Assembly: GCA_965205975.1 (NCBI GenBank)
Contig: OZ242195.1
Coordinates: forward strand, 3,936,001-4,000,000
Direction of reading: 5' to 3'
Source of the DNA: Candidatus Latescibacterota bacterium
GTDB lineage: Bacteria > Latescibacterota > UBA2968
DNA length: 64,000 nucleotides
Shown: in pieces, positions 1-11,113 of the stretch
Layout of the letters: every line of letters begins with the position of its first letter
How positions within the stretch are numbered: the stretch's first letter is position 1
The notes under the pieces: model-generated
The model's input: the letters and a program-made list of their open reading frames with translations, nothing else
The model's database searches: none
What the model was told of the DNA's origin: nothing
Program-made: the position numbers and the translations under genes

Positions 1-41
1 AATAGAAACTGCATAACCCAACAAAAAAGGAGTCACCCGCC

Positions 42-1514
<1,473 letters not shown>

Positions 1515-1524
1515 GGACCCTATA

Positions 1525-2655
1525 ATGAGCACCTCTGAAGCGCGGCTCATGATCGCCGCCAGCGAAACCGACGCCGACATGTATTACGCCACGCGCTTTC
1601 TCGCACCCGACCCCTTTATCTTTTTTCAAATCGGCGAGGAAAAACACCTCCTCATGTCCGACCTGGAACGCGACCGTGCACGCGCGCAAGCCCAGGTCGA
1701 TCATGTACTCTCCTTATCTGAATACCAGGAAAAAGCAAAAAAAAACGACACCGACGAAGAACCCTCTCAAATCGATGCCTTACACGAAGTACTACAAGAA
1801 AAAAATATCACCCACCTGAACGTCCCCCGCGCCTTTGCCATAGCCACGGCAGACGACTTGCGCGAACGCGGCTACACAGTGGCATTTCCAGAAGGCGCGT
1901 ATTGGCCCGACCGGGAAATCAAAACCCCTGATGAAATCGAACACATCCGCGAAGTCCAGCAACACACCGAAGCCGCAATGGACGCCGCCATAACCCTCAT
2001 CCGCAACGCGGAAATCCGCGGCGACCTCCTCTACCACAGCGGCGAACCCCTCACATCGGAAACCGTCAAACGCGAAATAAAATTTCTCCTCCTCGAACGC
2101 GACTGCACAGCCGGTCACACCATCGTCGCCGGCGGCGATCAAGCCTGTGACCCCCACAACGAAGGCACCGGCCCCCTGCACGCGCACCAATCCATCATCA
2201 TCGACATCTTTCCGCGCTCAAATATCACCGGCTATTTCGCCGACCTCACCCGCACCGTCGTCAAAGGCGAACCCTCTGCCGACCTCCAGAACATCTACGA
2301 CGCGGTCCTCGCCGGACAAAACCTCGTCCTCGACAGCGTCCGCGCAGACGCAGACGGCCAGGCCATCCACCGATCACTTACAGAACTATTTGAAAACCGC
2401 AACTTCGAAACCGGCAACATAGACGGCCGAATGCAGGGCTTCTTCCACGGCACGGGCCACGGCCTGGGCCTTGAAATCCACGAACCCCCGCGCATCGGCA
2501 AAACCCCGGGAAATCTCCGCGCAGGGCACATCGTCACCGTTGAACCGGGCCTCTATTATCCCGGTCGAGGCGCCGTACGCATCGAAGACCTCGCCGTCGT
2601 CACCGAAGACGGCCTCGAAAACCTGACCACCTATCCGAAGTTTCTCACCTTATGA
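1525..2655 (+). CDS. Xaa-Pro aminopeptidase / M24 family peptidase
   Basis: DLTRT, HGTGHGLGLEIHE and TVEPGLY..GAVRIED metal-binding motifs. Confidence 0.92.
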   Translation: MSTSEARLMIAASETDADMYYATRFLAPDPFIFFQIGEEKHLLMSDLERDRARAQAQVDHVLSLSEYQEKAKKNDTDEEPSQIDALHEVLQEKNITHLNVPRAFAIATADDLRERGYTVAFPEGAYWPDREIKTPDEIEHIREVQQHTEAAMDAAITLIRNAEIRGDLLYHSGEPLTSETVKREIKFLLLERDCTAGHTIVAGGDQACDPHNEGTGPLHAHQSIIIDIFPRSNITGYFADLTRTVVKGEPSADLQNIYDAVLAGQNLVLDSVRADADGQAIHRSLTELFENRNFETGNIDGRMQGFFHGTGHGLGLEIHEPPRIGKTPGNLRAGHIVTVEPGLYYPGRGAVRIEDLAVVTEDGLENLTTYPKFLTL

Positions 2656-2664
2656 ACGCAAAGA

Positions 2665-2758
2665 CGAATCAACGAATCAGCGAATCAGCGAATCGGGATT
2701 AGCACTGACTTTGGGTGGTTGGGCAGGGTTCGTCTATTCGTCTATTCGTCTATTCGCC
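2665..2758. repeat. Inverted pair of octamer tandem arrays between convergent genes
   Basis: CGAATC(AA/AG/AG/GG) x4 at 2665-2696 and (TTCGTCTA)x3 TTCG at 2729-2756. Confidence 0.8.
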
Positions 2759-2760
2759 CT

Positions 2761-4491
2761 TCACATCGCATTCTCCACCCGAGCCGTAATAACATCGATC
2801 CCCTCATACTTCCGATGATGCACCGATGAAGCGTAATGCCGCAAAAGCCGGATCGAAAACTCGTGATCATCCTCGGCATACGCATCCTCACCCAAATACG
2901 CGATCTGGTCTTCGATATTCTCGCCATCCGAAGCCGCCAGAAATTCAACCTCTGCTGCCCCATTATCCATGCGAATACCCATGATCAGTTGCCGCGGTGT
3001 ACTGGAAGATTCCTTTTCATCCTCAGTCACAAGACTCACCAGCATCTCTTCCCCTACCGAACGCAGGCGGTATTGCCCGCTCTCCGTCCAACCGTATTTC
3101 TCGGCAAACGCAACGAGAAACTCGTCAATCGCGGGCAATGCAGACAACTCCAGCGGCACTTGAATTTTTCTCCGCCGCGAACCGGTCAATTCCACCAAAA
3201 GCGTCATGCCAATAACCGTCAGGCTTCCCACCGTAACCCCGCTATTGAGCAACTCGCGCACAAACCCGTCAAAAAATCCAGCAATACTCCCAGAAGAAAG
3301 CCCAACCATTATCGATACCGCGATGACGATACTCTTGCGATGATCAATCTTATCATCTAACGCCACCTTTGCCCCTTCCACGAAAAGCCCGCCAAATACG
3401 ATGATATAGACAGCTGCCAGAACCGAACTCGGAATCGCAATGAGAAAAGCCCCCAACTTGGGCAAAAATGCCGCCCCGATCATAAACAACCCCATGTACA
3501 CACCCACCATCCGCGTAGCCACGCCTGTAAGAGAGACATACGTTGCAGTGAGTGCCCAGGGCGTCGTGGCAGAGGGAATGCCCAGAAAGCCCACGATCAA
3601 ATTGCCCACGGAGTAGGCATTGAGACCGCCTTGAACAACTCTGAAATCCTGTGCCTGTACCTCTCGGTGCGAAGCTCTTTGGATCACGCCAATATCCCCA
3701 ACAGCCTTCACAAAAGTCACCAAACCGACAAAGATAAAAGCCGGCAGAAGTCCCCAAAATTCAACGCCAAAGGTCAAATCCAAACCTTCCCAGACGGGAA
3801 CGGGAAAACCAATATAGGCAGCTTCGACCACACCGTTGTTATCGTACAACCCCAAAGGCACTGCGACAATCAGACCTGCCAAAATGGTGATACCGACTAT
3901 CCACAGCCGCCAGGTCTGTGGCGCACGCAAAATTATCAGTACCCCAACAAGCAAAGATATTGTCAGGGTCGCGATAACGCGATCAACGGGCAAATCCTGT
4001 GTCGATTTCACAACATCGTTAAACAGGAAGGGGGCTGCCGTAGCTGCGACCAACATCACAATTGTGCCACTGACGGTTCGCGTAAATATTCGGCGCAACA
4101 GCGGAAGGTACATCGTGAGCACCAACTGAACGAGCGTCGAGACAACGGTCAAAATCGCCAGCAAACCCGGTCCGCCTTTTTCTAAGGCAAGCGTAGAGAT
4201 CGCAATAAAAGGGATATTGAAACCCGTCAAAATGAGAAGTCCAGTCCCAATTCGACCACGGGAAGCCTGAATAATTGACGTGAATCCGCACGTTATCAAG
4301 GCCATAAACACGGCCCACGGCAAATAGGCCCCGGTCTCGCCCGATGATCGAATGACCACAGTCGTAAACACCACGACCATGACGATATTTGGCGATGCCA
4401 TCTGAACGGCAGAGAGTATGGCTACAGACCGGGGACATTTGTCCTCTGGTTCGTAGCGAATACCCTCATTTACCTGCCTGCCTGCCGCCAT
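2761..4491 (-). CDS. NCS2/xanthine-uracil-family permease with C-terminal degenerate HATPase_c (RsbW-like) domain
   Basis: ~430 aa multi-TM region with NCS2-like segments (IQA..GRIGTGL, LTGVATR, PKLGAFLIAIPSSV), then ~135 aa soluble tail. Confidence 0.8.
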   Translation of the reverse strand: MAAGRQVNEGIRYEPEDKCPRSVAILSAVQMASPNIVMVVVFTTVVIRSSGETGAYLPWAVFMALITCGFTSIIQASRGRIGTGLLILTGFNIPFIAISTLALEKGGPGLLAILTVVSTLVQLVLTMYLPLLRRIFTRTVSGTIVMLVAATAAPFLFNDVVKSTQDLPVDRVIATLTISLLVGVLIILRAPQTWRLWIVGITILAGLIVAVPLGLYDNNGVVEAAYIGFPVPVWEGLDLTFGVEFWGLLPAFIFVGLVTFVKAVGDIGVIQRASHREVQAQDFRVVQGGLNAYSVGNLIVGFLGIPSATTPWALTATYVSLTGVATRMVGVYMGLFMIGAAFLPKLGAFLIAIPSSVLAAVYIIVFGGLFVEGAKVALDDKIDHRKSIVIAVSIMVGLSSGSIAGFFDGFVRELLNSGVTVGSLTVIGMTLLVELTGSRRRKIQVPLELSALPAIDEFLVAFAEKYGWTESGQYRLRSVGEEMLVSLVTEDEKESSSTPRQLIMGIRMDNGAAEVEFLAASDGENIEDQIAYLGEDAYAEDDHEFSIRLLRHYASSVHHRKYEGIDVITARVENAM

Positions 4492-4607
4492 GATTACATC
4501 CTCTAATATTGCGTGGTGCGAAAACGGTTAAAGCTACTCATGGCTGCGCTTCAAACGCAGCCATGAGCGATGGAGTTTTGTCGCCTGCTAAGGCTTTTAC
4601 GAGCAAC

Positions 4608-6221
4608 TCAATCGTCCGCCGGTTCGCCAAAGTAGCTCGACCCGAAAATCAGACCATCGTAGCGAATCACCCATGCATGTGCATCCAGGATTACGCCGGT
4701 TCTCACGTTGGGCCGCTGGTAGTGAATCCAGTGCCCCTCCTCGGTCGCACGCACTATTTCTTTGCCAAGTTCAAATCCGGTGCTGGGTATCTTGACAACT
4801 TCGATGTTGAGACCCACCGCTCCGGGCGCAACGAGGAAGACAGCGATGCGGCCATTCTCGTCAATCAGGAACAGGGACGATTGGCCTTCGATGCTCTCCC
4901 GGCTGCTATAGTAGGCGACTGTAGCTTCCAGGCCCTCCTGTTTGTACTTGTCTATGGCAGCCTGCACGTATGCCTTAGTGCCCGCTTCGGGATTCTCCGG
5001 GGCAGGGTAATAGCCCGAAGCGAAAATCATCCCATCGCGCCGGATAGCGTAGCCCACCTTGGGAACCTCCGCCAGCGTCACCGGATGCGGCCACAGGTAT
5101 TCTACCCAAACACCCACGCCTTCCCCCGCCTTGACCAGCGCCTTGCCCAGTTCGTAGCCATCGGAACCCACCACATCCTTGAGGTCCGTGCCGATCAGTT
5201 TGGAAATCAGCGGGTGGACGTGATACATGTCGTCCGCGTCGGTGGCGAACAAATACCACTCGCCCTCAATGGAGGCCACGCTGTTGTAGTAGGCCTTCAT
5301 CGCCTCCAGGCCATCGCGCTCGTAGCGATCAATGGCCCGTTGCACGTACGCCTCGGTGTACTCCCTCGGGTCGGCACCCTGCCAGGACGGCGGTCCCGCC
5401 TCGATGTCCGAGGTGTAGTAGCCCGAGGCGAAGATCAGCCCGTCGTGGCGCACCACCCAGGCCGCCTTGTGTTCTTCCCGTAGTGTTACCGGATTCGGCC
5501 ACAGGTATTCCACCCAGTGACCTTCCTCAGTGGCTTGGGCGATTTCCTTGCCCAACTCTTGACCATCAGAGCCGACCACGTCCTTGATGTCCGTGCCGAT
5601 CAGGTGCGGGAAAATGGGATGTGCCAGGTAGAGATCATCGGCCCCGATGAGGAACAAATAAAAATGCCCATCCACGCTTTCCCGGCTGTTGTAATACGCG
5701 GTGGTCGCTTCCAGGCCCTCTCGATCGTAGTGCGCGATCGCTTTGGCGATGTAATTGCGGGTGACGTCGGCCAGATTTTCTTGCAACGTGAAATGCCCGG
5801 CCATGAAAACGAGATCATCGTGCCGAATGAGGAAGTTGCGCATGGGGCCTAACTGTCGGGTTCTGGGATGAATACCTTGATGATCCATCCAGATGCCTTC
5901 CGGAGTGACTGGACCGAGGGCGGGCGCGGGCGCACCGACGCGCGTGGATAAACCACTTGCCAGTATGATGCTTTGCTGCGGGTCAATGATAAGCATGAGC
6001 CGCTCGCCTTCGATACTTTCTCGGCTACTGTAGTATGCGAGTGTGGCTTCCCGGCCATCGCGCTGGTAACGCTCAATGGCCTTCATTACATAAGCTTTTG
6101 TGAGCGCATCCTCGTCATCGGCGGCCATCGCGGAAGAACTCGTGACCTGTGCATTACCACCAACCCACATCGCACCAGCCACCAGTGCCAACGCGAACAC
6201 GCGACAAATATCTCGAAACAT
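4608..6221 (-). CDS. Secreted protein with four tandem single-Cache (sCache_2-like) domains
   Basis: Signal peptide; four repeats of T.AYV..AI..Y...G.EAT.AYY.S.ES..G ... GHW..Y.WP.P ... R.DGLIF.SGYY; no further TM or kinase domain. Confidence 0.82.
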   Translation of the reverse strand: MFRDICRVFALALVAGAMWVGGNAQVTSSSAMAADDEDALTKAYVMKAIERYQRDGREATLAYYSSRESIEGERLMLIIDPQQSIILASGLSTRVGAPAPALGPVTPEGIWMDHQGIHPRTRQLGPMRNFLIRHDDLVFMAGHFTLQENLADVTRNYIAKAIAHYDREGLEATTAYYNSRESVDGHFYLFLIGADDLYLAHPIFPHLIGTDIKDVVGSDGQELGKEIAQATEEGHWVEYLWPNPVTLREEHKAAWVVRHDGLIFASGYYTSDIEAGPPSWQGADPREYTEAYVQRAIDRYERDGLEAMKAYYNSVASIEGEWYLFATDADDMYHVHPLISKLIGTDLKDVVGSDGYELGKALVKAGEGVGVWVEYLWPHPVTLAEVPKVGYAIRRDGMIFASGYYPAPENPEAGTKAYVQAAIDKYKQEGLEATVAYYSSRESIEGQSSLFLIDENGRIAVFLVAPGAVGLNIEVVKIPSTGFELGKEIVRATEEGHWIHYQRPNVRTGVILDAHAWVIRYDGLIFGSSYFGEPADD

Positions 6222-6415
6222 AACAACCTCCCTTGTAAAATGGCTTTCTCTGCGAATACTGCGAATACGGAAAAAATAAGGTAAAATATTTCTCTTGCAA
6301 TATAAAAGCGCAGAGGCTCTGGAAGCACCTGTTTTTTTATCAATCCATCTTCACAGTGAACTGGTCTGAACTGCGACCAGTCATGCTCGATTTACTCCCC
6401 TTCATACACCGTTCC

Positions 6416-6463
6416 CTACTTCACACTTCCTACTTCACACTTCCTACTTCACACTTCCTACTT
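6416..6463. repeat. 14-bp tandem repeat (alternating heptamers)
   Basis: CTTCACACTTCCTA x3 at 6419-6460, just downstream of xerD. Confidence 0.9.
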
Positions 6464-6467
6464 GCCT

Positions 6468-7388
6468 TTAAGCCCTCGGATGAAACGTCCGATGCACCTC
6501 CTTCAAATACTCCCGATCCACATGCGTATAAATCTGCGTCGTTGAAATATCCGCATGCCCCAGCATCTCTTGCACCGCCCGCAAATCTGCCCCACCCTCC
6601 AGCAAATGCGTCGCAAAAGAATGCCGCAGCGTATGCGGACTCACCTTCTTCTTCAACCCCGCCAGCACCACATATTGCCTCAGCAACTTCCACACGCCCA
6701 TCCGCGACAACGGACCACCGCGAAAATTCAAAAACACCTCCGATCCCGTACGCGGCTTAGCCAGACCTGGACGCACCGTATCCAAATACTCAGACACCCA
6801 CTCGATACCCTCTGACCCAATCGGCACCACCCGCTCGCGCCCGCCCTTGCCCAGCACCCGAACCACCTCCACATCAAACAGCAAATCCATCAGCGACAAC
6901 CCGATCAACTCCGACACCCGCAACCCCGCCCCATAAAGCATCTCTATAAGCGCGCGATCGCGCAACCCTAAGGGCGTCTCCACATCCGGCGCCAGCATCA
7001 ACCGCTCAACCTCGTAAATATTCAGCACCGACGGCAACTTCCGCCCCAACTTGGGCGGCTTCAAATGCTCTGTCGGATCCCGATGTGCAAGCCCTTCCCC
7101 CATCAAAAACCTGTGAAACATCCGCACCGCCGTCAAATTCCGCGCCACACTCGACGCCTCCAGCCCCATCTCCGAAAGCAAATTCAACAGCGCGGACACC
7201 TCCGCCTGAGAAATCGCATCCGGCGCATTGATCCCCAAATCTGTCAACAGCGTCAAATACCTGCTCAAATCGCGTTGATATGCACGCGCCGTATTATCCG
7301 ACAACCCGCGCTCCAGCGTCACAGAATCGAGAAACCGCTGCAACGCCCGCTTCAATTCCGGGGCAATTTGTATCTGGTCTATAGACAT
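6468..7388 (-). CDS. xerD: Site-specific tyrosine recombinase XerD
   Basis: RDRALIEMLYGAGLRVSEL, HTLRHSFATHLLEGGADLRAVQEMLGHADISTTQIYTH, C-terminal HPRA; ATG overlaps uvrC stop (TAATG). Confidence 0.93.
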   Translation of the reverse strand: MSIDQIQIAPELKRALQRFLDSVTLERGLSDNTARAYQRDLSRYLTLLTDLGINAPDAISQAEVSALLNLLSEMGLEASSVARNLTAVRMFHRFLMGEGLAHRDPTEHLKPPKLGRKLPSVLNIYEVERLMLAPDVETPLGLRDRALIEMLYGAGLRVSELIGLSLMDLLFDVEVVRVLGKGGRERVVPIGSEGIEWVSEYLDTVRPGLAKPRTGSEVFLNFRGGPLSRMGVWKLLRQYVVLAGLKKKVSPHTLRHSFATHLLEGGADLRAVQEMLGHADISTTQIYTHVDREYLKEVHRTFHPRA

Positions 7389-9196
7389 TATTTCAACCCC
7401 GCACAAATCACCTCAGCCAGCCTCAGCCCCACCCCATCGACCTCTGCCACCTCTTCGACCTCTGCTTCTCGAATCCGCTTCACCGAACCAAAATGCTTCA
7501 ACAATGCGACGCGACGCGACGGACCCACCCCGGGAATCTCATCCAACTCCGACGTCAGCGTCCGCTTATCGCGCAACTTGCGGTGATATGCAATCGCAAA
7601 ACGGTGCGACTCATCGCGCAACATCTGCAACAACTTCAGTGCCGACGACGTCTTGGGAATATTCTGCGGATCGGACAAACCCGGCACAAACACCTCCTCC
7701 AGCCGCTTCGCCAGCCCAATCACCGGCTGGTCTTCAATCCCCAACGCTCGCAGTGCCTCAACCACGCTCGAAAGCTGACCCTTACCCCCATCGACCAACA
7801 GCAAATCGGGAAACGACTTACCCTCCTCCATCAACCGCTTAAACCGCCGCGTCACCACCTGCTGCATCATCGCAAAATCATTGGGCCCCTCCAACCCCGT
7901 AATTTTAAAATGCCTGTACTCGCGCTTTCGCGCCCTACCATCCACAAAACACACCAGCGACGCCACCGGATCCGACCCCTGAATATTTGAAATATCCACC
8001 GCCTCAATCCACCGCGGCGGCTTCTCCAGATGCAAATCGCGCTGAAGCGCCTGCACTGCTGCCGGTGCTTGCGACCTGCGATTCTCGCGCTTCAAACGCC
8101 GCTCTGTCAACAACAGCCGCGCATTATTCTCCGCCATCTTCACCAACCGGAACTTATCCCCCCGTTGGGGCACGCGCATCTCAACCCCGCCCTCTGAACG
8201 CTCTGTAAGCCAATCGAGCACCGTCTCTCGATCCTCGATATCACCCGGCAGGCACACCTCTCGCGGCACAAACGTAGCCGTCGCGTAAAACAACTGCACA
8301 AATTTTGAAACCACCTCCTCTTCGGACGCATCCAGCACCCCGCCGAGAAAATAATTCTGCCGCCCGATCAACCGCCCATCGCGCACCTCCATCACCACCC
8401 CGCAAGCCTCGTCATCTTCCCGCGCAACCGCAATCGCATCCCAATCCGTCAAATCATTGGACACCACCTTTTGCCGGCTCGAAGCCTGCTCCAGCGCCTG
8501 AATGCGATCCCGATAAATCGCCGCCTCCTCGTACCTCAGCGCCTCTGCCGCCCGCTTCATCCGCTCTTTAAGGGTCACCATAACCTGCGTATGCCGCCCC
8601 GTCAAAAACAACACCGCTTCATCCACGATCTTTTGATACGCCCCTGCCACAATCAACCCCTCACACGGACCGTCGCACCGCTTGATCTCGTAATCCAGAC
8701 ACAGCCGCACATTGGCCTTTGGCAAATCGTAATCACAACTCCGAATCCGAAACAACCTGTGCATCGTCTCCACCATGCGCCGCATCGCCCGCACATCCGT
8801 ATAAGGACCCAAATAGCGCGACCCATCCTTCACCACATCGCGCGTCACCACAACGCGGGGAAACGCCTCCTTTGTAATGCGGATATACGGATACTTCTTG
8901 TCGTCCTTCAAACTGATATTGTAGCGCGGCTTGTGTGCCTTGATCAAATTCGCCTCTAAAATCAACGCCTCCAACTCCGTATCCGTAACAATATATTCCA
9001 AATCGCGCACATTGCGAACCAGTGCCCGAAACTGCCGCCGCCCATCATGGGCATTGGGACGAAAATATTGCTGCACCCGGCTGCGCAACACCTTTGCCTT
9101 CCCGATATAAATAATCTGCCCCTCATCGCCCTTCATCATGTACACACCAGGCTCTCTGGGCATCAATGCAACAATACCGTCGATATGTTCGTTCAT
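7388..9196 (-). CDS. uvrC: Excinuclease ABC subunit C
   Basis: PGVYMM..IIYIGKAK GIY-YIG domain, UVR domain, DISN, LVDGGKGQ, RDESHRFA, HhH; GAGGTG RBS before ATG 9196. Confidence 0.97.
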   Translation of the reverse strand: MNEHIDGIVALMPREPGVYMMKGDEGQIIYIGKAKVLRSRVQQYFRPNAHDGRRQFRALVRNVRDLEYIVTDTELEALILEANLIKAHKPRYNISLKDDKKYPYIRITKEAFPRVVVTRDVVKDGSRYLGPYTDVRAMRRMVETMHRLFRIRSCDYDLPKANVRLCLDYEIKRCDGPCEGLIVAGAYQKIVDEAVLFLTGRHTQVMVTLKERMKRAAEALRYEEAAIYRDRIQALEQASSRQKVVSNDLTDWDAIAVAREDDEACGVVMEVRDGRLIGRQNYFLGGVLDASEEEVVSKFVQLFYATATFVPREVCLPGDIEDRETVLDWLTERSEGGVEMRVPQRGDKFRLVKMAENNARLLLTERRLKRENRRSQAPAAVQALQRDLHLEKPPRWIEAVDISNIQGSDPVASLVCFVDGRARKREYRHFKITGLEGPNDFAMMQQVVTRRFKRLMEEGKSFPDLLLVDGGKGQLSSVVEALRALGIEDQPVIGLAKRLEEVFVPGLSDPQNIPKTSSALKLLQMLRDESHRFAIAYHRKLRDKRTLTSELDEIPGVGPSRRVALLKHFGSVKRIREAEVEEVAEVDGVGLRLAEVICAGLK

Positions 9197-9208
9197 ATTA
9201 CACCTCAC

Positions 9209-9703
9209 CTACAATTCCACAATCTCCACATCCATCGCATTCAAATTTAGAATCCCCACCGTCTCCCTGCCCGTTGTCCAGCCGCACGCCTCTCCCGGAT
9301 TAATCACCAGCGTATCTCCTCTGCGAACATCAATCTCGTGCGTATGCCCGTAAAAGATCACATCATAAGCACCGCTCTGTGATAGGGCATCCACCTCATC
9401 GGGTTCGTGCAACATCAAAATGCGCTTGCCCTCCCACTCGTGTACATAAGGCGGGCGGTGAATCGGTCCCAGATCTTCAAAAAGTGCCCGCAAACCGAAC
9501 TTCTCCCCATCATTATTCCCAAAAACCCCGACAAAAGGCACCGTCAAATCACTCATCCAGCGCGCATTAAACGGCGCGATATAATCGCCCCCGTGCAGCA
9601 CCAGCCCCACATCCCGCGCGTTAAAAAGTGCAACGGCCTTCTCAATCGCGTGTTTATTATCATGTGTATCCGTAATCAAACCGACAAGATGCGATTTTCC
9701 CAT
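9209..9703 (-). CDS. Metallophosphoesterase (YfcE/MJ0936 family)
   Basis: DTHD, HGGD, GNND, GHTH and NPGE motifs. Confidence 0.9.
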   Translation of the reverse strand: MGKSHLVGLITDTHDNKHAIEKAVALFNARDVGLVLHGGDYIAPFNARWMSDLTVPFVGVFGNNDGEKFGLRALFEDLGPIHRPPYVHEWEGKRILMLHEPDEVDALSQSGAYDVIFYGHTHEIDVRRGDTLVINPGEACGWTTGRETVGILNLNAMDVEIVEL

Positions 9704-9904
9704 GGTTAGGCTCCTGTTTTTAGATCAATTCTTCTGAGATAACTCAATTTTCATAATTATAGGCATTAAATTTCCCAAAAAAAACAAAAAATCTTATCTT
9801 ATACAGATGTAGATGTAGTAAATGAAAAAAATAAATCAGGGGTGTGTATAATTCATTTGTTGTAGTACAGCGAAGTATAAAGTTTTTTTCATGCCTTCGG
9901 CGAC

Positions 9905-9950
9905 TTCATTTTTTTGCGCGCCAAAAAAATGAAGCAAAAAAAGGGCGCCC
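9905..9950. repeat. Palindromic hairpin in the divergent intergenic region
   Basis: CTTCATTTTTTTG-CGCGC-CAAAAAAATGAAG inverted repeat followed by CAAAAAAAGGGCGCCC. Confidence 0.55.
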
Positions 9951-10109
9951 CTGCGGGGGGGCTTGCACAGCGCGAATCGTTCTTGTGACAATACGCCATA
10001 CAGTGGCCTTCAGATTGCAATGCCATAAAGATGTCCGCTGCGAATCGGACTTGCGCGCTGTGCCCAATGGCTCATCTGATTTATGTGTTAATACAGGAGC
10101 AGATCCCTT

Positions 10110-10988
10110 ATGCCCATACTAAAAATCGGCCTTCCCTCTGGAAGCCTGCAGGAATCCACGCTCACCCTATTTGCCAAAGCCGGTTATCGCATCCGCGCCA
10201 GCCACCGGTCCTACACGCCCGTCATCGACGACCCCGAACTCGAGGGCTTATTTCTGCGCGCCCAGGAAATCGCGCACTACGTCGAACGCGGCGTCCTCGA
10301 CATAGGCCTCACCGGCATTGACTGGATCCGCGAAAACGAAGCCGACATCATTGAAATCGCCGAATTTGCCTACAGCAAAACCTCATCGCAACCCGCGCGC
10401 TGGATCATCGCAGTCCCCGAAGACTCGGATATCCAGACCGTACAGGACCTGCAGGGCAAGCGCATCGCCACCGAACTCGTCACAGCCACGCGCAACCACC
10501 TCAAAAACCACGGCATAACCGCCGAAGTCGAATACTCCTGGGGATCCACCGAAGCCAAAGTCCGCGTACCCGGCCTCGTCGATGCCATAGCCGAACTCAC
10601 CGAAACCGGATCGTCTTTGCGCGCCAACAACCTGCGCGTCATAGACACCATGTTTGAAACCACGCCCAGACTCATAGCCAACAAAAATGCCTATAACAAT
10701 GCATGGAAACGCGAAAAAGCGCAACACATCGCCACCTTGCTCATCGGTGCATTCAACGCCGAAGACAAAGTCGGCCTCAAAATGAACGTACGCCGCGACG
10801 ACCTCGCGCAAATCGTCAAAAACTTACCCGCGCTCAACAACCCCACAATCGCCAACTTACTCGACGAAAACTGGGTCGCCATCGAAGTCATCGTCGATGA
10901 GCGCGTCGTGCGCGACCTCATCCCAAAACTCAAAAAAGCAGGCGCCGAAGGCATCATCGAATATCCCTTAAACAAAGTGATTTATTAA
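10110..10988 (+). CDS. hisG: ATP phosphoribosyltransferase, long form
   Basis: LKIGLPSGSL, DIGLTGIDW, RIATE, DAIAELTETGSSLRANNL; C-terminal regulatory domain. Confidence 0.96.
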   Translation: MPILKIGLPSGSLQESTLTLFAKAGYRIRASHRSYTPVIDDPELEGLFLRAQEIAHYVERGVLDIGLTGIDWIRENEADIIEIAEFAYSKTSSQPARWIIAVPEDSDIQTVQDLQGKRIATELVTATRNHLKNHGITAEVEYSWGSTEAKVRVPGLVDAIAELTETGSSLRANNLRVIDTMFETTPRLIANKNAYNNAWKREKAQHIATLLIGAFNAEDKVGLKMNVRRDDLAQIVKNLPALNNPTIANLLDENWVAIEVIVDERVVRDLIPKLKKAGAEGIIEYPLNKVIY

Positions 10989-11004
10989 CTTCTAAATAGA
11001 CGAT

Positions 11005-11103
11005 TAGGGCGAGGCATGCCTCCGCCCCTACATTCATCTCATCTGCGTCCATCTGCGTCCATCTGCGAAAAACGCTCAAATTATTCGCGTTTTTTTCTGC
11101 GGA
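11005..11103. repeat. REP-like palindrome plus ATCTGCGTCC tandem and 45-bp dispersed repeat
   Basis: TAGGGCGAGGCATGCCTCCGCCCCTAC at 11005-11031; 11059-11103 is an exact inverted copy of 52465-52509. Confidence 0.85.
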
Positions 11104-11113
11104 ACTTTTATCC

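Noticed and set aside
4509..5483. 324-aa + strand ORF and similar long shadow ORFs (e.g. 22556-23536, 33117-33947)
   Set aside because: Overlap well-supported genes and show no recognisable motifs
6468..7388. Tyrosine recombinase as island integrase or integron IntI
   Set aside because: Canonical XerD motifs and length, coupled to uvrC; no IntI-specific insertion or attC array seen
9704..10109. His leader peptide/attenuator or riboswitch
   Set aside because: No His-codon run or recognisable riboswitch found; only a palindrome
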